This document shows, in pieces, positions 18,855-29,231 of a stretch of 64,000 bases of DNA; the first letter of the stretch is position 1, and each line of letters starts with the position of its first letter. Below the pieces are notes generated by a model. It ran no database searches. It saw only the letters and a list, made by a program, of their open reading frames with translations, and was not told the DNA's origin. The position numbers were made by a program, and so were the translations under genes. This DNA is from an uncultured Opitutales bacterium (GTDB taxonomy: Bacteria; Verrucomicrobiota; Verrucomicrobiia; Opitutales; UBA2987), in assembly GCA_964542645.1 (NCBI GenBank), contig CAZIUG010000008.1:145848-209847 (forward strand). The letters run 5' to 3'.

Positions 18855-20351
18855 TCAAATATACTTCTGAATTATCGAACAGGCTAACCCGATAAAAAAG
18901 GCAAAGCCGAGCCAGAACCAAAACCAATTCAATCCCTTAAGTTCTCCAACATCTGCAATCTGCGGCGAACGCGTGGCACTTTTGCCTCGGATTCTTCCTT
19001 TTCGTAAAAATCCATCATAATGCCGTTGTAAAAGAAAAGTCTCAATCTGACGTAATGTATCCAGAAGAACCCCAATTATAATCAACATTCCTGTCCCTCC
19101 GAAGAATTGCCCAACAGGATAGGGGATCTTAGCAGTGAAATTTAGCCAATCAGGAAAAACCGCAATCACAGTCAAAGCCAATGCACCAAACAAGGTCAAC
19201 CGGGTCATGACGAAATCGAGAAATTTAGCTGTTGGCTCGCCCGGACGAACTCCAGGAATATATCCTCCATTTTTCTTTAAATCGTCTGCAATCTGAATGG
19301 GTTTGAACATAACCGAAACCCAAAAGTAACTGAAACAAAGAATGAGGATACCAAAGATGAAATAGTAAGTCATCCCGCCTTGTTGAAAATAACCGGCAAA
19401 ATCCCTCACGAAAGGAAGATCGGCAGCGGCACCCAGGTATTGCGAAATCGATTGAAAAAACAAGAGAATAGCACTGGCAAAAATCACGGGCATCACCCCC
19501 GAATAATTCACCTTCAAAGGAAGAAAAGAACTCTGCCCACCGTAGACCTTCCTTCCAACAACACGTTTAGCGTACTGGACAGGTATTTTACGTTGAGCCT
19601 GAGTGAGTGCGATGATCCCTGCTACCGAAACGGAAAGGAGCAACAACATCATAATTGCATGGGGAGCACCCAACGTCTCCATGCCGACTGAAGACGGATT
19701 AAACATCCTGTAGGTAATCGCAGCAGCAGAAGGCAAATCAGCCAAAATTCCGACTGTAATAAGTAAAGAGATTCCCTGTCCAATACCGTTTTGCGTAATC
19801 TGCTCGCCCAACCACATCAGGAGGACTGTTCCAGCAGTTAGAAAAATCACCGATGTCATAAGGAACCAGCCATGGTCAACAAGGACAATTGGTCCGTATT
19901 CTGAAATACTGAAGCCACTAAACAGCCTACCTGGATTCCTCAAAGCCATAATCAATAGAAAGGCCTGAATAAGACAGATTGCTACCGTAGCATAACGTGT
20001 ATATTGCGTAATTTTCTGCCGACCAACTTCGCCCTCCTGCTGCAATCGGGCCAGCATTGGAACAACCGCTGTCATCAACTGGAAGATAATCGAGGCGCTA
20101 ATGTAAGGCATAATCCCAAGAGCACACACAGCACCCTTAAGTAAGGCGCCCCCGGTGAACATATTGTAAAGCCCTACAAGAGAACCCGACTCGCCACTCT
20201 GGTCTGCAAAGAAATTTTGCAGCGGAGCCGGATCCAAACCTGGCAACGGGATATTGGCACCGATTCTAGCTATAAAGAGGAAAAATAGAGTGTACCCAAT
20301 TCGCCTCTTCAGCTCGGGTATCTTGATGCAATTGACAAAAGCCGAAATCAT
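18855..20351 (-). CDS. secY: Preprotein translocase subunit SecY with a ~46-aa C-terminal extension containing an extra hydrophobic segment
   Basis: 498 aa. MISAFVNCIKIPELKRRIGYTLFFLFIARIGANIPLPG and GGYIPGVRPGEPTAKFL are SecY hallmarks. The tail RIRGKSATRSPQIADVGELKGLNWFWFWLGFAFFIGLACSIIQKYI extends beyond the usual end. Confidence 0.93.
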   Translation of the reverse strand: MISAFVNCIKIPELKRRIGYTLFFLFIARIGANIPLPGLDPAPLQNFFADQSGESGSLVGLYNMFTGGALLKGAVCALGIMPYISASIIFQLMTAVVPMLARLQQEGEVGRQKITQYTRYATVAICLIQAFLLIMALRNPGRLFSGFSISEYGPIVLVDHGWFLMTSVIFLTAGTVLLMWLGEQITQNGIGQGISLLITVGILADLPSAAAITYRMFNPSSVGMETLGAPHAIMMLLLLSVSVAGIIALTQAQRKIPVQYAKRVVGRKVYGGQSSFLPLKVNYSGVMPVIFASAILLFFQSISQYLGAAADLPFVRDFAGYFQQGGMTYYFIFGILILCFSYFWVSVMFKPIQIADDLKKNGGYIPGVRPGEPTAKFLDFVMTRLTLFGALALTVIAVFPDWLNFTAKIPYPVGQFFGGTGMLIIIGVLLDTLRQIETFLLQRHYDGFLRKGRIRGKSATRSPQIADVGELKGLNWFWFWLGFAFFIGLACSIIQKYI

Positions 20352-20379
20352 CGGTCAGGAATACCGGGGCGACCCTGAG

Positions 20380-20862
20380 TCACTCGCCTACACTCTCTTC
20401 AGCGGAATCGGGTGCCTTTCCAAGTATCACTACCTCGCCCCCGGCTGCTTTTATTTTTTCGCTTGCTGAGCTAGAGAACTGATCAGCCTTTACATTGAAA
20501 GCTCGATCAACCTCCCCATACCCTAAAATCTTAACAAGTTTGGCATTTTTTCGAATCAAGCGGGCATTGATCAAAGTTTCTCGATCGATATTCTTAACTC
20601 GTTTGATCTTCGATAGACTCCCGACGTTTACGACCGCATACTCTACCTTAAAGTTAGCATTATTAAAGCCGCGCTGAGGCAATCTCCGATAGAGGGGCAC
20701 ATGTCCACTCTCAAATCCCGGGCGCACCGACCTTCCCGAACGGGAATTCTGTCCATTATGGCCCCGGCCCGAAGTTTTGCCGTGTCCAGACCCCCGTCCC
20801 CGTCCGAGACGCTTACGACCTCTCCGGTCTCCACTGATTCTAGGCAATTGATTCAAACGCAT
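20380..20862 (-). CDS. rplO: 50S ribosomal protein L15
   Basis: MRLNQLPRISGDRRGRKRLGRGRGSGHGKTSGRGHNGQ start. Directly follows rpsE, with no rpmD between them. Confidence 0.93.
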   Translation of the reverse strand: MRLNQLPRISGDRRGRKRLGRGRGSGHGKTSGRGHNGQNSRSGRSVRPGFESGHVPLYRRLPQRGFNNANFKVEYAVVNVGSLSKIKRVKNIDRETLINARLIRKNAKLVKILGYGEVDRAFNVKADQFSSSASEKIKAAGGEVVILGKAPDSAEESVGE

Positions 20863-20884
20863 TGCTTTCTCCCAACTAAAGGAC

Positions 20885-21406
20885 TTATTCCGCCTTCCTC
20901 ATATTCCAAATTTTCTCAGCAGAACGAAGCTGCTTGAGGGCATTCACTGTTGCCCCAACTACGGCACTATGATTGTTCGATCCAAGGGACTTGGTCAGCA
21001 CATCCTTCACTCCAACCGCTTCCAAGACGGGGCGAACTCCTCCTCCCGCAATAACCCCCGTTCCAGGACTCGCAGGCCGAAGCAGCACTTTACCTCCATC
21101 TTGAACTCCGAGAACTAAATGCGGAATCGTATTCCCACGTAATTCTACGTCAATCATCGACTTGTGCGCCCGTTCTGTTCCTTTCCGAATTGCCTCTGGT
21201 ACTTCCTTTGCCTTGCCACAACCGTAACCGACCCGACCCGATCCGTCTCCCACCACAACAAGAGCAGAAAAACTAAAACGACGACCGCCCCTCACCACTT
21301 TGGCACAACGATTGATGAAAACTACCTTCTCGACGAACTCAGGTAATTCATCTTCACCATGAACTTCTCCTAAAGCCCTATCTCTCCTGTCTTTTATTGC
21401 CATCAC
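20885..21406 (-). CDS. rpsE: 30S ribosomal protein S5
   Basis: 173 aa. [42 protein letters not shown] core. Confidence 0.95.
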   Translation of the reverse strand: MMAIKDRRDRALGEVHGEDELPEFVEKVVFINRCAKVVRGGRRFSFSALVVVGDGSGRVGYGCGKAKEVPEAIRKGTERAHKSMIDVELRGNTIPHLVLGVQDGGKVLLRPASPGTGVIAGGGVRPVLEAVGVKDVLTKSLGSNNHSAVVGATVNALKQLRSAEKIWNMRKAE

Positions 21407-21421
21407 AAAACCTACATACAG

Positions 21422-21784
21422 TTAAAATTGCAAACCAGCCTTTCTTGCTGAATCCGCGAAAGCTTTTACCGCCCCGTGATACCGTCTCCCATTACGGTCA
21501 AAAACGACTTTACCGAGACCTAAATCTTTCGCTTTCTCTCCGAACAGCTGGCCCAGAGTCTCTGCCCCACCGACATTTGCTCTGAGATCTTTTTCTCGCA
21601 ACTCTCCACTTAGGGTGGTCAGTGACAAAAGCGTTGCCCCCATCTCATCGTCAATCAATTGGGCATAAATATGCTTATTGCTAAAATGTACACACACCCG
21701 AGGTTTTTCAGCACTTCCACGTACTCGTTTCCGGGTCCGCCAAATCCGCTTCTGCCTGAGCTCCTTCTTTTTTATCAAATTCAT
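21422..21784 (-). CDS. rplR: 50S ribosomal protein L18
   Basis: ATG at 21784 (MNLIKKKELRQKRIWRTRKRVRGSAEKPRVCVHFSNKHIYAQLIDD) lies 22 nt after the rplF stop. The longer track ORF overlaps rplF. Confidence 0.92.
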   Translation of the reverse strand: MNLIKKKELRQKRIWRTRKRVRGSAEKPRVCVHFSNKHIYAQLIDDEMGATLLSLTTLSGELREKDLRANVGGAETLGQLFGEKAKDLGLGKVVFDRNGRRYHGAVKAFADSARKAGLQF

Positions 21785-21806
21785 CGCAACATCAATCCCG
21801 GTCACA

Positions 21807-22343
21807 TTAGGTAGCTTTCTTACCTTCCTTTCTTCGAACATATTCTCCAACAACACGAACCCCTTTTCCTTTGTAGGGTTCAACCGGCTTAAATCTCTTA
21901 ATCTGCGCTGTTACCTCACCCACCAACTGTTTATCGATTCCTTCCACTTTAATACGAGTATTATCCTCTACTGTGATTTTTATTCCTTCCGGAATCGAAT
22001 ATGCAATTGGATGGGAATACCCAAGGCTAAGATCGAGCGTCTGCCCCTGAAGAGCGGCCCGAAATCCCACTCCTTCAATCTGAAGGTCTTTGTTAAACCC
22101 TTCGGTCACTCCCTGAATCATATTAGCTACTATAGACCGCGCTGTCCCGCTCATGGCATTTGAAAACCGAGACTCTTCTGTTGATCGGACCATCACCTGA
22201 CCCTCTTCGACCTCGATCTTAACTGCCCGGCTGAACTGCTTTTTAAGAGTTCCTTTTGGCCCTTTAATTTCTACCCGTGCGTTTTCTGCTTGGACAGTTA
22301 CCGTATCCGGTACCGGCACCGGCTGTTTTCCAATTCTGCTCAT
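21807..22343 (-). CDS. rplF: 50S ribosomal protein L6
   Basis: MSRIGKQPVPVPDTVTV start, 178 aa. Confidence 0.95.
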   Translation of the reverse strand: MSRIGKQPVPVPDTVTVQAENARVEIKGPKGTLKKQFSRAVKIEVEEGQVMVRSTEESRFSNAMSGTARSIVANMIQGVTEGFNKDLQIEGVGFRAALQGQTLDLSLGYSHPIAYSIPEGIKITVEDNTRIKVEGIDKQLVGEVTAQIKRFKPVEPYKGKGVRVVGEYVRRKEGKKAT

Positions 22344-22359
22344 TACGAAATACCTCGAT

Positions 22360-22752
22360 CTACCAAACCGAGCATATCATCTCGCCACCTATATTTTCGC
22401 GACGAGCCTCACGATCAGTTTTTATTCCCTTTGAAGTCGTTAAAATCCCAACACCCAAACCTCCTAAAACCCGGGGAATTTCCGCACACCGATAATACTG
22501 CCTGCGCCCGGGTTTACTCCATCTCTGGACACCGGTAATTGCGGGAAGACCACCTACATACTTTAATTTAAGCGTTATCGCCTTGTGTCCATTCTCGTCA
22601 TTACTCTCCACGACTTCACGCAGATAACCTTCCTTTTTGAGAATTCGTGCAAAGCTCAAATGCATCCGCGAATATCGACCCGTACAATGCTCCTTGCCCG
22701 CTCGACTAGCGTTCCGAATCACGGTTATAAAATCACTTATTGTATCAGACAT
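22360..22752 (-). CDS. rpsH: 30S ribosomal protein S8
   Basis: MSDTISDFITVIRNASRAGKE start and C-terminal GGEMICSVW. Confidence 0.95.
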   Translation of the reverse strand: MSDTISDFITVIRNASRAGKEHCTGRYSRMHLSFARILKKEGYLREVVESNDENGHKAITLKLKYVGGLPAITGVQRWSKPGRRQYYRCAEIPRVLGGLGVGILTTSKGIKTDREARRENIGGEMICSVW

Positions 22753-22782
22753 CTTAACTGGTTCGTTGTTTTCTCTTCGAAT

Positions 22783-23088
22783 TCACCACGACGACTTCGT
22801 CACGCCGGGGATCTGTCCCTGGGAGGCCAGTTCCCGAAAAGTAATTCGAGAAAGTCTGTATTTCCTCAGGTAGGCACGCGGACGTCCTGTAACGCTGCAA
22901 CGATTTCGTATTCTTACCCGCGATGAATTACGTGGCAAACACGCCAGCTTTCTTTGCGCAGCATAAAATTCTTCATCGGCGATTTCTGGATCAGCCATCT
23001 GTCGTTTTAACTCCGCACGTTGAGACGCGTACTTTTCAACCAACCGAGTACGCCTCAAGTTGCGTTCAATCATTCCCTTCTTTGCCAT
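22783..23088 (-). CDS. rpsN: 30S ribosomal protein S14 (long, non-zinc form, 101 aa)
   Basis: ATG at 23088 ([20 protein letters not shown]...[41 protein letters not shown]). There is no CxxC pair. The longer track ORF overlaps rplE. Confidence 0.92.
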   Translation of the reverse strand: MAKKGMIERNLRRTRLVEKYASQRAELKRQMADPEIADEEFYAAQRKLACLPRNSSRVRIRNRCSVTGRPRAYLRKYRLSRITFRELASQGQIPGVTKSSW

Positions 23089-23137
23089 AACTATCAGTTG
23101 ACCCTTTTGTCTATTTACTGCGAATTTGCAATGATCT

Positions 23138-23680
23138 TTAACGCGTCCGAAATGGCATCCCCAATTGATTAAGGAGTTCATAGCCCTCCTCGTCAGTCTC
23201 AGCCGTCGTTACGATAGAAATATCCATTCCTACAATCCGTTTTGCAGATTCCATGCTAATCTCTGGGAAAATCGTGTGGTCGACGATACCAAGAGAATAA
23301 TTACCATGACCATCTAGCTTTGTGGATATACCACGGAAATCACGAATCCCCGGTAAAGCTACGTTCAGCAATCGAGAGAGGAAGTCATACATATTATTTC
23401 CCCTCAAAGTGACTTTGACCCCGACGGGTTGGCCATCCCTAATTTTGAAATTAGATACACTTCGTCGAGCATTAGTGACTACCGGTTTTTGTCCCGATAA
23501 AAGAGAGATTTCCTTTGTCGTATCTTCAACTGCACCCTTTTCTAACTCAGAGTTTATCCCTGAGTTGATGACCACCTTCTTAATTTCTGGAACCTCGTGC
23601 AGATTTGAATATCCCTGCGATTCCATCAATGCTGGGACAATCTTCTCCTGATAATGAGTCTTCAGTAGCGGGATATACAT
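23138..23680 (-). CDS. rplE: 50S ribosomal protein L5
   Basis: 180 aa. [36 protein letters not shown] start region. Confidence 0.95.
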   Translation of the reverse strand: MYIPLLKTHYQEKIVPALMESQGYSNLHEVPEIKKVVINSGINSELEKGAVEDTTKEISLLSGQKPVVTNARRSVSNFKIRDGQPVGVKVTLRGNNMYDFLSRLLNVALPGIRDFRGISTKLDGHGNYSLGIVDHTIFPEISMESAKRIVGMDISIVTTAETDEEGYELLNQLGMPFRTR

Positions 23681-23731
23681 TGAATGTTTCCTTTCGTAAA
23701 TTGGTAGCTAAATATGCCCAAGAATCCAGAT

Positions 23732-24013
23732 CTAGCCAGATGCTTCGTCACCAGTATTCTTTCTTGCCCTTCTTTGGTCGTAAACATCCGCCTTCATTAC
23801 CTTTGAGAGGTGAATTGGAGCCTCTCTTTCAATGATTCCACCCTCAGGATTCTTGGTATCAGATTCCTTTTTCTGATGGCGTTTGATCATATTTATAGCT
23901 TCCACTAAAACCCTCTCGCTACTCGGCAAAACCTGAAGGATTTTCCCTCTTTCACCCTTGTGCTCACCACTTAAAATCACAACTTCGTCCCCATTCTTAA
24001 GTCGGTTTTTCAT
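23732..24013 (-). CDS. rplX: 50S ribosomal protein L24
   Basis: ATG at 24013 (MKNRLKNGDEVVILSGEHKGERGKILQV, KOW motif) lies 1 nt after the rplN stop. The track ORF begins at an upstream TTG inside rplN. Confidence 0.92.
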   Translation of the reverse strand: MKNRLKNGDEVVILSGEHKGERGKILQVLPSSERVLVEAINMIKRHQKKESDTKNPEGGIIEREAPIHLSKVMKADVYDQRRARKNTGDEASG

Positions 24014-24014
24014 C

Positions 24015-24380
24015 TCACAACACCTCCGGAGCAAGGCTGATTATTTTCATGAAATTCTTTTGCCTAAGTTCACGCGCCACAGGACCAAATATTCGAGTTC
24101 CTCGAGGGCTATTAGTTGCATCAATAAGCACAATCGCGTTACTGTCGAAGCGTAGGTAACTACCATCCGTTCTCCGGATGGGGGCCTTTGTTCGCACAAC
24201 CACCGCTCTCGCTACCGTACCCTTTTTCACAGTCGCTTCCGGTGAACTTTCCTTAATATTCACAACGATGACATCTCCGATTGAGGCTGTCTTTTTGCTT
24301 TGTCCAAGTCTTCGGATCATCCGTGCCGATCTGGCTCCCGTATTATCCGCTATATCTAATCTGGTCAACGACTGAAGCAT
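24015..24380 (-). CDS. rplN: 50S ribosomal protein L14
   Basis: [26 protein letters not shown] start, 121 aa. Confidence 0.95.
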   Translation of the reverse strand: MLQSLTRLDIADNTGARSARMIRRLGQSKKTASIGDVIVVNIKESSPEATVKKGTVARAVVVRTKAPIRRTDGSYLRFDSNAIVLIDATNSPRGTRIFGPVARELRQKNFMKIISLAPEVL

Positions 24381-24427
24381 TTCACAATATCCTCATTTAA
24401 CTCCTTAGAAAAACACCAATACCAGTA

Positions 24428-24703
24428 TCAATCATTCACCTCAGGAGCCTTTTCGATAACACGTTTCACACGCCATCTTTTTAGCTTGCTTATGGGTCGA
24501 GTCTCCATGATTTCCACCCTGTCTCCCATACGGCATTGACTCGATTCGTCGTGAACGTGAACCACCGTATTCCTGCTAATCTCTTTCTTGTAGCGAGGAT
24601 GTGGAATCTTATAGCCGTAGGTCACCTTTACCGTCTTTTCACCAGTAAGGTTTGTCACGCTTCCGATCAAAACTTTGCGTCTGCTTTTTCGATCAATTTC
24701 CAT
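24428..24703 (-). CDS. rpsQ: 30S ribosomal protein S17
   Basis: 91 aa. KVLIGSVTNLTGEKTVKVTYGYKIPHPRYKKEISRNTVVHVHDE. Confidence 0.93.
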   Translation of the reverse strand: MEIDRKSRRKVLIGSVTNLTGEKTVKVTYGYKIPHPRYKKEISRNTVVHVHDESSQCRMGDRVEIMETRPISKLKRWRVKRVIEKAPEVND

Positions 24704-24739
24704 GGCTATTTATCAAAATTACTAATTCCTATATTTGCG

Positions 24740-24934
24740 CTATTTCGCCCTCAATTTCTCCCTATGAATCGTCTCAATTCGTGCAATATCGCGTCTCAAC
24801 TCACGAATTAAATGCGGTCTCTCAACTTGCCCAGTCTCCTTTCGCAAATGCATCTGGAGCAACTCGTCTCGTGTGTCACGGAGCTTTTTCTCTATTTCGC
24901 CTACCGCTAATTCTCGCACTTCCGCTGATTTCAT
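24740..24934 (-). CDS. rpmC: 50S ribosomal protein L29
   Basis: 64 aa. MKSAEVRELAVGEIEKKLRDTRDELLQMHLRK. Confidence 0.92.
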   Translation of the reverse strand: MKSAEVRELAVGEIEKKLRDTRDELLQMHLRKETGQVERPHLIRELRRDIARIETIHREKLRAK

Positions 24935-24963
24935 ATTCTCACTTCGTCCTGCCCGTTCGACTA

Positions 24964-25383
24964 CTAATTTAAATCTTCTCGAGAAATAAACCTGCAGCGC
25001 ACAGGCAACTTCCCATCCGCTAGTTGCAGTGCGTTCCGTGCACCTGTTTCGCTGGCTCCAGAGACTTCAAATAGAATCGCCCCTGCTTTCACTACAGCTA
25101 CCCAGAGTTCAGAAGCCCCCTTTCCCTTGCCCATACGGGTCTCAGCTGGCTTTTTAGAAACCGGTTTATGCGCAAAAATTCGTATCCAAACCTTCCCTCG
25201 ACGCTTAAGATCCCTGTTTACAGCAACACGCGAAGCTTCGATTTGCTCCGAAGTGATCCAACCACTTTCGAGTGCCTGGATGCCGAAAGTTCCAAAAGCC
25301 AATTGGGCTCCACGTTTTGCCCGTCCACGTAATCGGCCTCTTTGGCTCTTCCTAAACTTTGTTCTGCTGGGAATTAATGCCAT
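24964..25383 (-). CDS. rplP: 50S ribosomal protein L16
   Basis: [20 protein letters not shown] start, 139 aa. Confidence 0.95.
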   Translation of the reverse strand: MALIPSRTKFRKSQRGRLRGRAKRGAQLAFGTFGIQALESGWITSEQIEASRVAVNRDLKRRGKVWIRIFAHKPVSKKPAETRMGKGKGASELWVAVVKAGAILFEVSGASETGARNALQLADGKLPVRCRFISREDLN

Positions 25384-25434
25384 GATTCAAGTCTTGTTCG
25401 TAATAAATATGAGACACTCCAAGGTAGGTAAATA

Positions 25435-26073
25435 CTAGGCCAAAGGATCTTCTTCGTCTCCTGTACAAATCCAGCATTTTACTCCGATGATTCCATATAG
25501 TGTTCTCGCTTCCGTAAAACCATAGTCTATATTCTCTCTCAGAGTATTTAGAGGCACTCGCCCGGCTCTCTGAACCTCTGTTCTCGCAATATCTGATCCC
25601 ATCAATCGACCCGAAACTTGAATTCGAATGCCTTCCGCACCCATACTAACTGAAGTCTGGACGGCCTTTTTCATAGCTCTACGAAATGAAATTCTACGCT
25701 CAAGTTGTAGAGCTACATTCTCTGCCACTAATTTCGCAACCAAATCGGGCCTTTTGACTTCCTGAATGTCTAATAAGATTTCTTTATCAACTACCTTTGC
25801 AAGTTCCTCTTTAAGCTTCTCAAGCTCCTGGCCTTTTCTTCCAATAACAATCCCAGGTCGGGCAGTGAAGATCTTCACCCTAATCCTATTACCCGCCCTC
25901 TCAATAAAAATCCGTGGGACCGCCGCATACCTTAACCGAAGATTAATTGCTTTCCGGATATTGTAGTCTTCCTCCAAGCAATCTCCAAAATCTCCCTTAT
26001 CGGCAAACCACCGCGACTCCCAATTGCGACGCACTTGAAGACGAAACCCAGCCGGATTTACTTTTTGACCCAT
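25435..26073 (-). CDS. rpsC: 30S ribosomal protein S3
   Basis: ATG at 26073 (MGQKVNPAGFRLQVRRNWESRWFA) lies 19 nt after the rplV stop. The longer track ORF overlaps rplV. Confidence 0.94.
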   Translation of the reverse strand: MGQKVNPAGFRLQVRRNWESRWFADKGDFGDCLEEDYNIRKAINLRLRYAAVPRIFIERAGNRIRVKIFTARPGIVIGRKGQELEKLKEELAKVVDKEILLDIQEVKRPDLVAKLVAENVALQLERRISFRRAMKKAVQTSVSMGAEGIRIQVSGRLMGSDIARTEVQRAGRVPLNTLRENIDYGFTEARTLYGIIGVKCWICTGDEEDPLA

Positions 26074-26092
26074 AGCTATTCCTTCTTCTCCC

Positions 26093-26425
26093 CTATTCGT
26101 CCTTAAGAACAATTCGTATGTGACTCATACGCTTTTCGATACGTTTTGCCATGCCTCTTGCACCAGGACGAAACCGCTTGAGCACCGGACCTTTCTCTAC
26201 TACTGCAGCTTCAATAACCAAAGCATCAGACGATAGATTATTGTTGTTCTCAGCGTTAGCAACCGCCGATTGAAGCGTCTTAACGACCAGTCGAGCTGAC
26301 TTTCTCGGTACACACTTCAACTTCTCAATAGCCTCATTAGCCTTGAGTCCACGAAGCTCTCTAGTAACCTCCTGCACCTTTTTTGGCGACATGCGAGCGT
26401 ATTTCGTGACCGATTGTACTTCCAT
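26093..26425 (-). CDS. rplV: 50S ribosomal protein L22
   Basis: 110 aa. ARMSPKKVQEVTRELRGLKANEAIEKLKCVPRKSA. Confidence 0.94.
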   Translation of the reverse strand: MEVQSVTKYARMSPKKVQEVTRELRGLKANEAIEKLKCVPRKSARLVVKTLQSAVANAENNNNLSSDALVIEAAVVEKGPVLKRFRPGARGMAKRIEKRMSHIRIVLKDE

Positions 26426-26433
26426 TTTTTCTA

Positions 26434-26703
26434 CTACTTTTGGGTGTGCGGATTATGTGTCTTGAAAGACCGTGTTGGTGAAAATTCACCCAATTTATGT
26501 CCAACCATGTTTTCAGTTATGTAGACAGGCAGAAAATTCTTTCCGTTGTGTACTTCAAAATTTAAACCGACAAAATCGGGAGTGATTGTTGAACGACGGG
26601 ACCAGGTTCGAATCGGTTTTCTCGATTCTTCCCTCTGCGCCACCTGGACCTTATCCATAAGGTGTCCATCAACAAAAAAGCCCTTTTTGACTGAGCGTGC
26701 CAT
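26434..26703 (-). CDS. rpsS: 30S ribosomal protein S19
   Basis: [19 protein letters not shown]...[29 protein letters not shown]. Confidence 0.95.
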   Translation of the reverse strand: MARSVKKGFFVDGHLMDKVQVAQREESRKPIRTWSRRSTITPDFVGLNFEVHNGKNFLPVYITENMVGHKLGEFSPTRSFKTHNPHTQK

Positions 26704-26723
26704 CAGATTTCCCTTCTCATAAT

Positions 26724-27569
26724 CTACCGCTTTAGCTTATTTCCTTTTCTCCTAACCAAAATCATTCGGTTCGATTGTTGCGAACGTGACCGGGTTGGGA
26801 AACCCTTGGCTAGTTGGCCCCACGGGGACACCGGGTGGCCTCCACCCGAACTTCGCCCCTCTCCTCCGCCCATTGGATGGTCGACCGGATTCATAGCCAC
26901 TCCCCTAACACGGGGTCGTCGACCCTTCCATCGAGCACGTCCCGCCTTACCCAATTTTGAAGTCCTATGAGAGGCATTTCCCACCTCTCCGATTGTTGCC
27001 CTACAATTTGAATGGACCATACGGACTTCCCCACTCGGCATCCGAAGAGTAGCACGATCTCCATCGATCGCAACGAGCTGAGCGGAAACTCCCGCTGAGC
27101 GAACAAACTGCGCTGCCTTCCCAGGCTGAGTTGAAACCGAATGGACCTTGGTCGAAGGTGGGATTGATCGTAATGGCATATTATTTCCGTCACGAAATTC
27201 TCCGGCTCCAGAAAAACTTACTAAAGTGTCTCCTATCGCCACACCAGTAGGAGCTAGTATATAACGCTTCTCCCCGTCGGCATAGACCAACAAGGCAATA
27301 CTTGCAGACCTGTTAGGATCGTATTCCAATTGCTTAACTCGCGCCGGAATATCGAATTTCTCTCTTTTGAAATCGATTTTCCTAATCCGTTTTTTATGGC
27401 CGCCTCCCCTTCTTCTCGACGTAATCCGACCGTAACAATTGCGACCACCTGTCCTCTTCTTAAACTCACTAAGCCGCTTCTCCGGACCTGAATTAGAGAT
27501 CCCCTCTTCGAAGCTTCTGACGTGGAATCGCTGACCTGGCGTCAGTGGTTTATGTTCGATTGTTGGCAC
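26724..27569 (-). CDS. rplB: 50S ribosomal protein L2
   Basis: 281 aa. [22 protein letters not shown] and [22 protein letters not shown]. Confidence 0.95.
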   Translation of the reverse strand: MPTIEHKPLTPGQRFHVRSFEEGISNSGPEKRLSEFKKRTGGRNCYGRITSRRRGGGHKKRIRKIDFKREKFDIPARVKQLEYDPNRSASIALLVYADGEKRYILAPTGVAIGDTLVSFSGAGEFRDGNNMPLRSIPPSTKVHSVSTQPGKAAQFVRSAGVSAQLVAIDGDRATLRMPSGEVRMVHSNCRATIGEVGNASHRTSKLGKAGRARWKGRRPRVRGVAMNPVDHPMGGGEGRSSGGGHPVSPWGQLAKGFPTRSRSQQSNRMILVRRKGNKLKR

Positions 27570-27599
27570 TTTGATCCTCGTATAAAATTATAGATATCT

Positions 27600-27890
27600 T
27601 CAGACCAATTCAATTTGGTCACCCTCTTTGAGCGAGACAACTGCTTTCTTGAAACCGCTTTGATACCCGAATTGTCCTCTCCTAGCGCGATCCCGCTTCA
27701 CCTTCCGTTTCACATTTAGGATATTCACTCCCGTCACTGTAACACCAAACCCGGACTCAACCGCCTGGGCTACCGAGATTCGGTTTGCCGAAGGATGTAT
27801 CCGAAAAGTGTACTTATTCACATTAGAAGAGAGGGCAGTCGCCTTTTCCGAGATTATAATTTCCTCCAATACACGATCAGCTTGCATCAC
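27600..27890 (-). CDS. rplW: 50S ribosomal protein L23
   Basis: 96 aa, KYTFRIHPSANRISVAQAVESGFGVTVTGVNILNV. Its start overlaps the rplD stop by 4 nt. Confidence 0.92.
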   Translation of the reverse strand: MMQADRVLEEIIISEKATALSSNVNKYTFRIHPSANRISVAQAVESGFGVTVTGVNILNVKRKVKRDRARRGQFGYQSGFKKAVVSLKEGDQIELV

Positions 27891-28522
27891 GACTCCTCTT
27901 CCCCTCCAGCACGTTTAAGCAAATTCACAATTCCCTTCTCACTCACCACGATACGATCATGCAGACTAAGCAAAAAGGCATTGACGGTACTCGATTCCAT
28001 AACTGACACCCGATTGATATTCCGTGAAGCCAAGAGAACCGAATCATCAAACTTCTCATCAATTACCAACACCGAACCATTAGGTGCAATTTTTTCGATT
28101 ACGGCACCAAAGAGACGGGTCTTCGGCTCTGGAATCTCGAGCCTTTCGATTACATCCATCTCTCCGCCATTGGCACAATCAAAAAGTGCTCGCTGAAACG
28201 CCAGTCTCCGAACCTTACGATTTATTTTCTGCGAGTAACTTCTCGGCCTAGGGCCAAAAGCCGCCCCTCCTCCTGTAAAAATGGGTGAACGTCGGCTTCC
28301 ATGACGAGCCGCGCCGGTACCCTTCTGCCGGTAGGGTTTTTTCCCCGTACCACTCACTTCAGCGCGAGTCTTAGCAGATGAAGTGCCTTGTCTCTTATTT
28401 GCTCGATGAGCCAGTAAAACTTGCTTCAAGGCAGAAACTCCGGCACCGGATTGGAAGAGAGGAATATCGAACTCCCTCTCCTCGCTCCCTAATCCATCAG
28501 CCGTATATACTTTCAGTTTCAT
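27887..28522 (-). CDS. rplD: 50S ribosomal protein L4
   Basis: 211 aa. GTGKKPYRQKGTGAARHGSRRSPIFTGGGAAFGPRPRSY. Confidence 0.95.
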   Translation of the reverse strand: MKLKVYTADGLGSEEREFDIPLFQSGAGVSALKQVLLAHRANKRQGTSSAKTRAEVSGTGKKPYRQKGTGAARHGSRRSPIFTGGGAAFGPRPRSYSQKINRKVRRLAFQRALFDCANGGEMDVIERLEIPEPKTRLFGAVIEKIAPNGSVLVIDEKFDDSVLLASRNINRVSVMESSTVNAFLLSLHDRIVVSEKGIVNLLKRAGGEEES

Positions 28523-28549
28523 TAACCTATTACAGAATTCAAATAAAGT

Positions 28550-29188
28550 CTATATGGGCATACTCTTCTTTGCCCTTCTCACCAAAACCTCTCCTCCGTT
28601 TGGTCCAGGTACGCTTCCTTTAACAAGAATGATATTTCGATTCTCCAGAATTTTAATCACTTCAAGATTTTGTACGGTTCGGCCAATTCCTCCCATTCGG
28701 CCCGGCATTTTTCGCCCCTTATGCACCTCTCCGGGCCATTGGCACTGCCCATAAGAACCACCCCGCCGATGGAACATTGAGCCATGAGAAGCCGGGCCAC
28801 CTTTAAATCCAAACCTCTTGACCACACCTTGGAATCCTTGGCCTTTTGACACTCCGACGACATCAACGGTCTCACCTTCTGAGAATCCGGAAGCTGTTAA
28901 AACATCTCCAACTCCATATTCACTCTCACCTTCAAACCGAATCTCCTTTAGACGCCGAAGCGGGTCTACCTTCGCCTTTATAGTATGCCCTCGCTCAGAT
29001 TTACTAACATTACCTGCCTTAACCTCACCATACCCAATTTGCAGGCAGCTGTAACCATCCCGACCCTCAGTCTTTATCTGAACGACAGGACATGGACCGG
29101 TTTTAATTACCGTTACGGGGATAGACCTCCCCTCCGAATCAAAGACCTGAGTCATCCCAATTTTGGTGCCTAAAAGAGTGTATAGCAT
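28550..29188 (-). CDS. rplC: 50S ribosomal protein L3
   Basis: 212 aa. GTKIGMTQVFDSEGRSIPVTVI and GKGFQGVVKRFGFKGGPASHGS-type motif (SKGQGFQGVVKRFGFKGGPASHGS). Confidence 0.95.
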   Translation of the reverse strand: MLYTLLGTKIGMTQVFDSEGRSIPVTVIKTGPCPVVQIKTEGRDGYSCLQIGYGEVKAGNVSKSERGHTIKAKVDPLRRLKEIRFEGESEYGVGDVLTASGFSEGETVDVVGVSKGQGFQGVVKRFGFKGGPASHGSMFHRRGGSYGQCQWPGEVHKGRKMPGRMGGIGRTVQNLEVIKILENRNIILVKGSVPGPNGGEVLVRRAKKSMPI

Positions 29189-29231
29189 TTTACCGGGTAA
29201 ATTAAATAGATAAGATCACCTTTAATAACGA

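Noticed and set aside
18835-18927. 5'-extended track ORFs for map, and likewise for rplR (to 21883), rpsN (to 23181), rplX (to 24034), rpsC (to 26112), rplL (to 41495), the HIT gene (from 63332) and the hypothetical gene (from 62910).
   Set aside because: Each extension overlaps the preceding conserved gene. An internal ATG reproduces the canonical family N-terminus just after the upstream stop.
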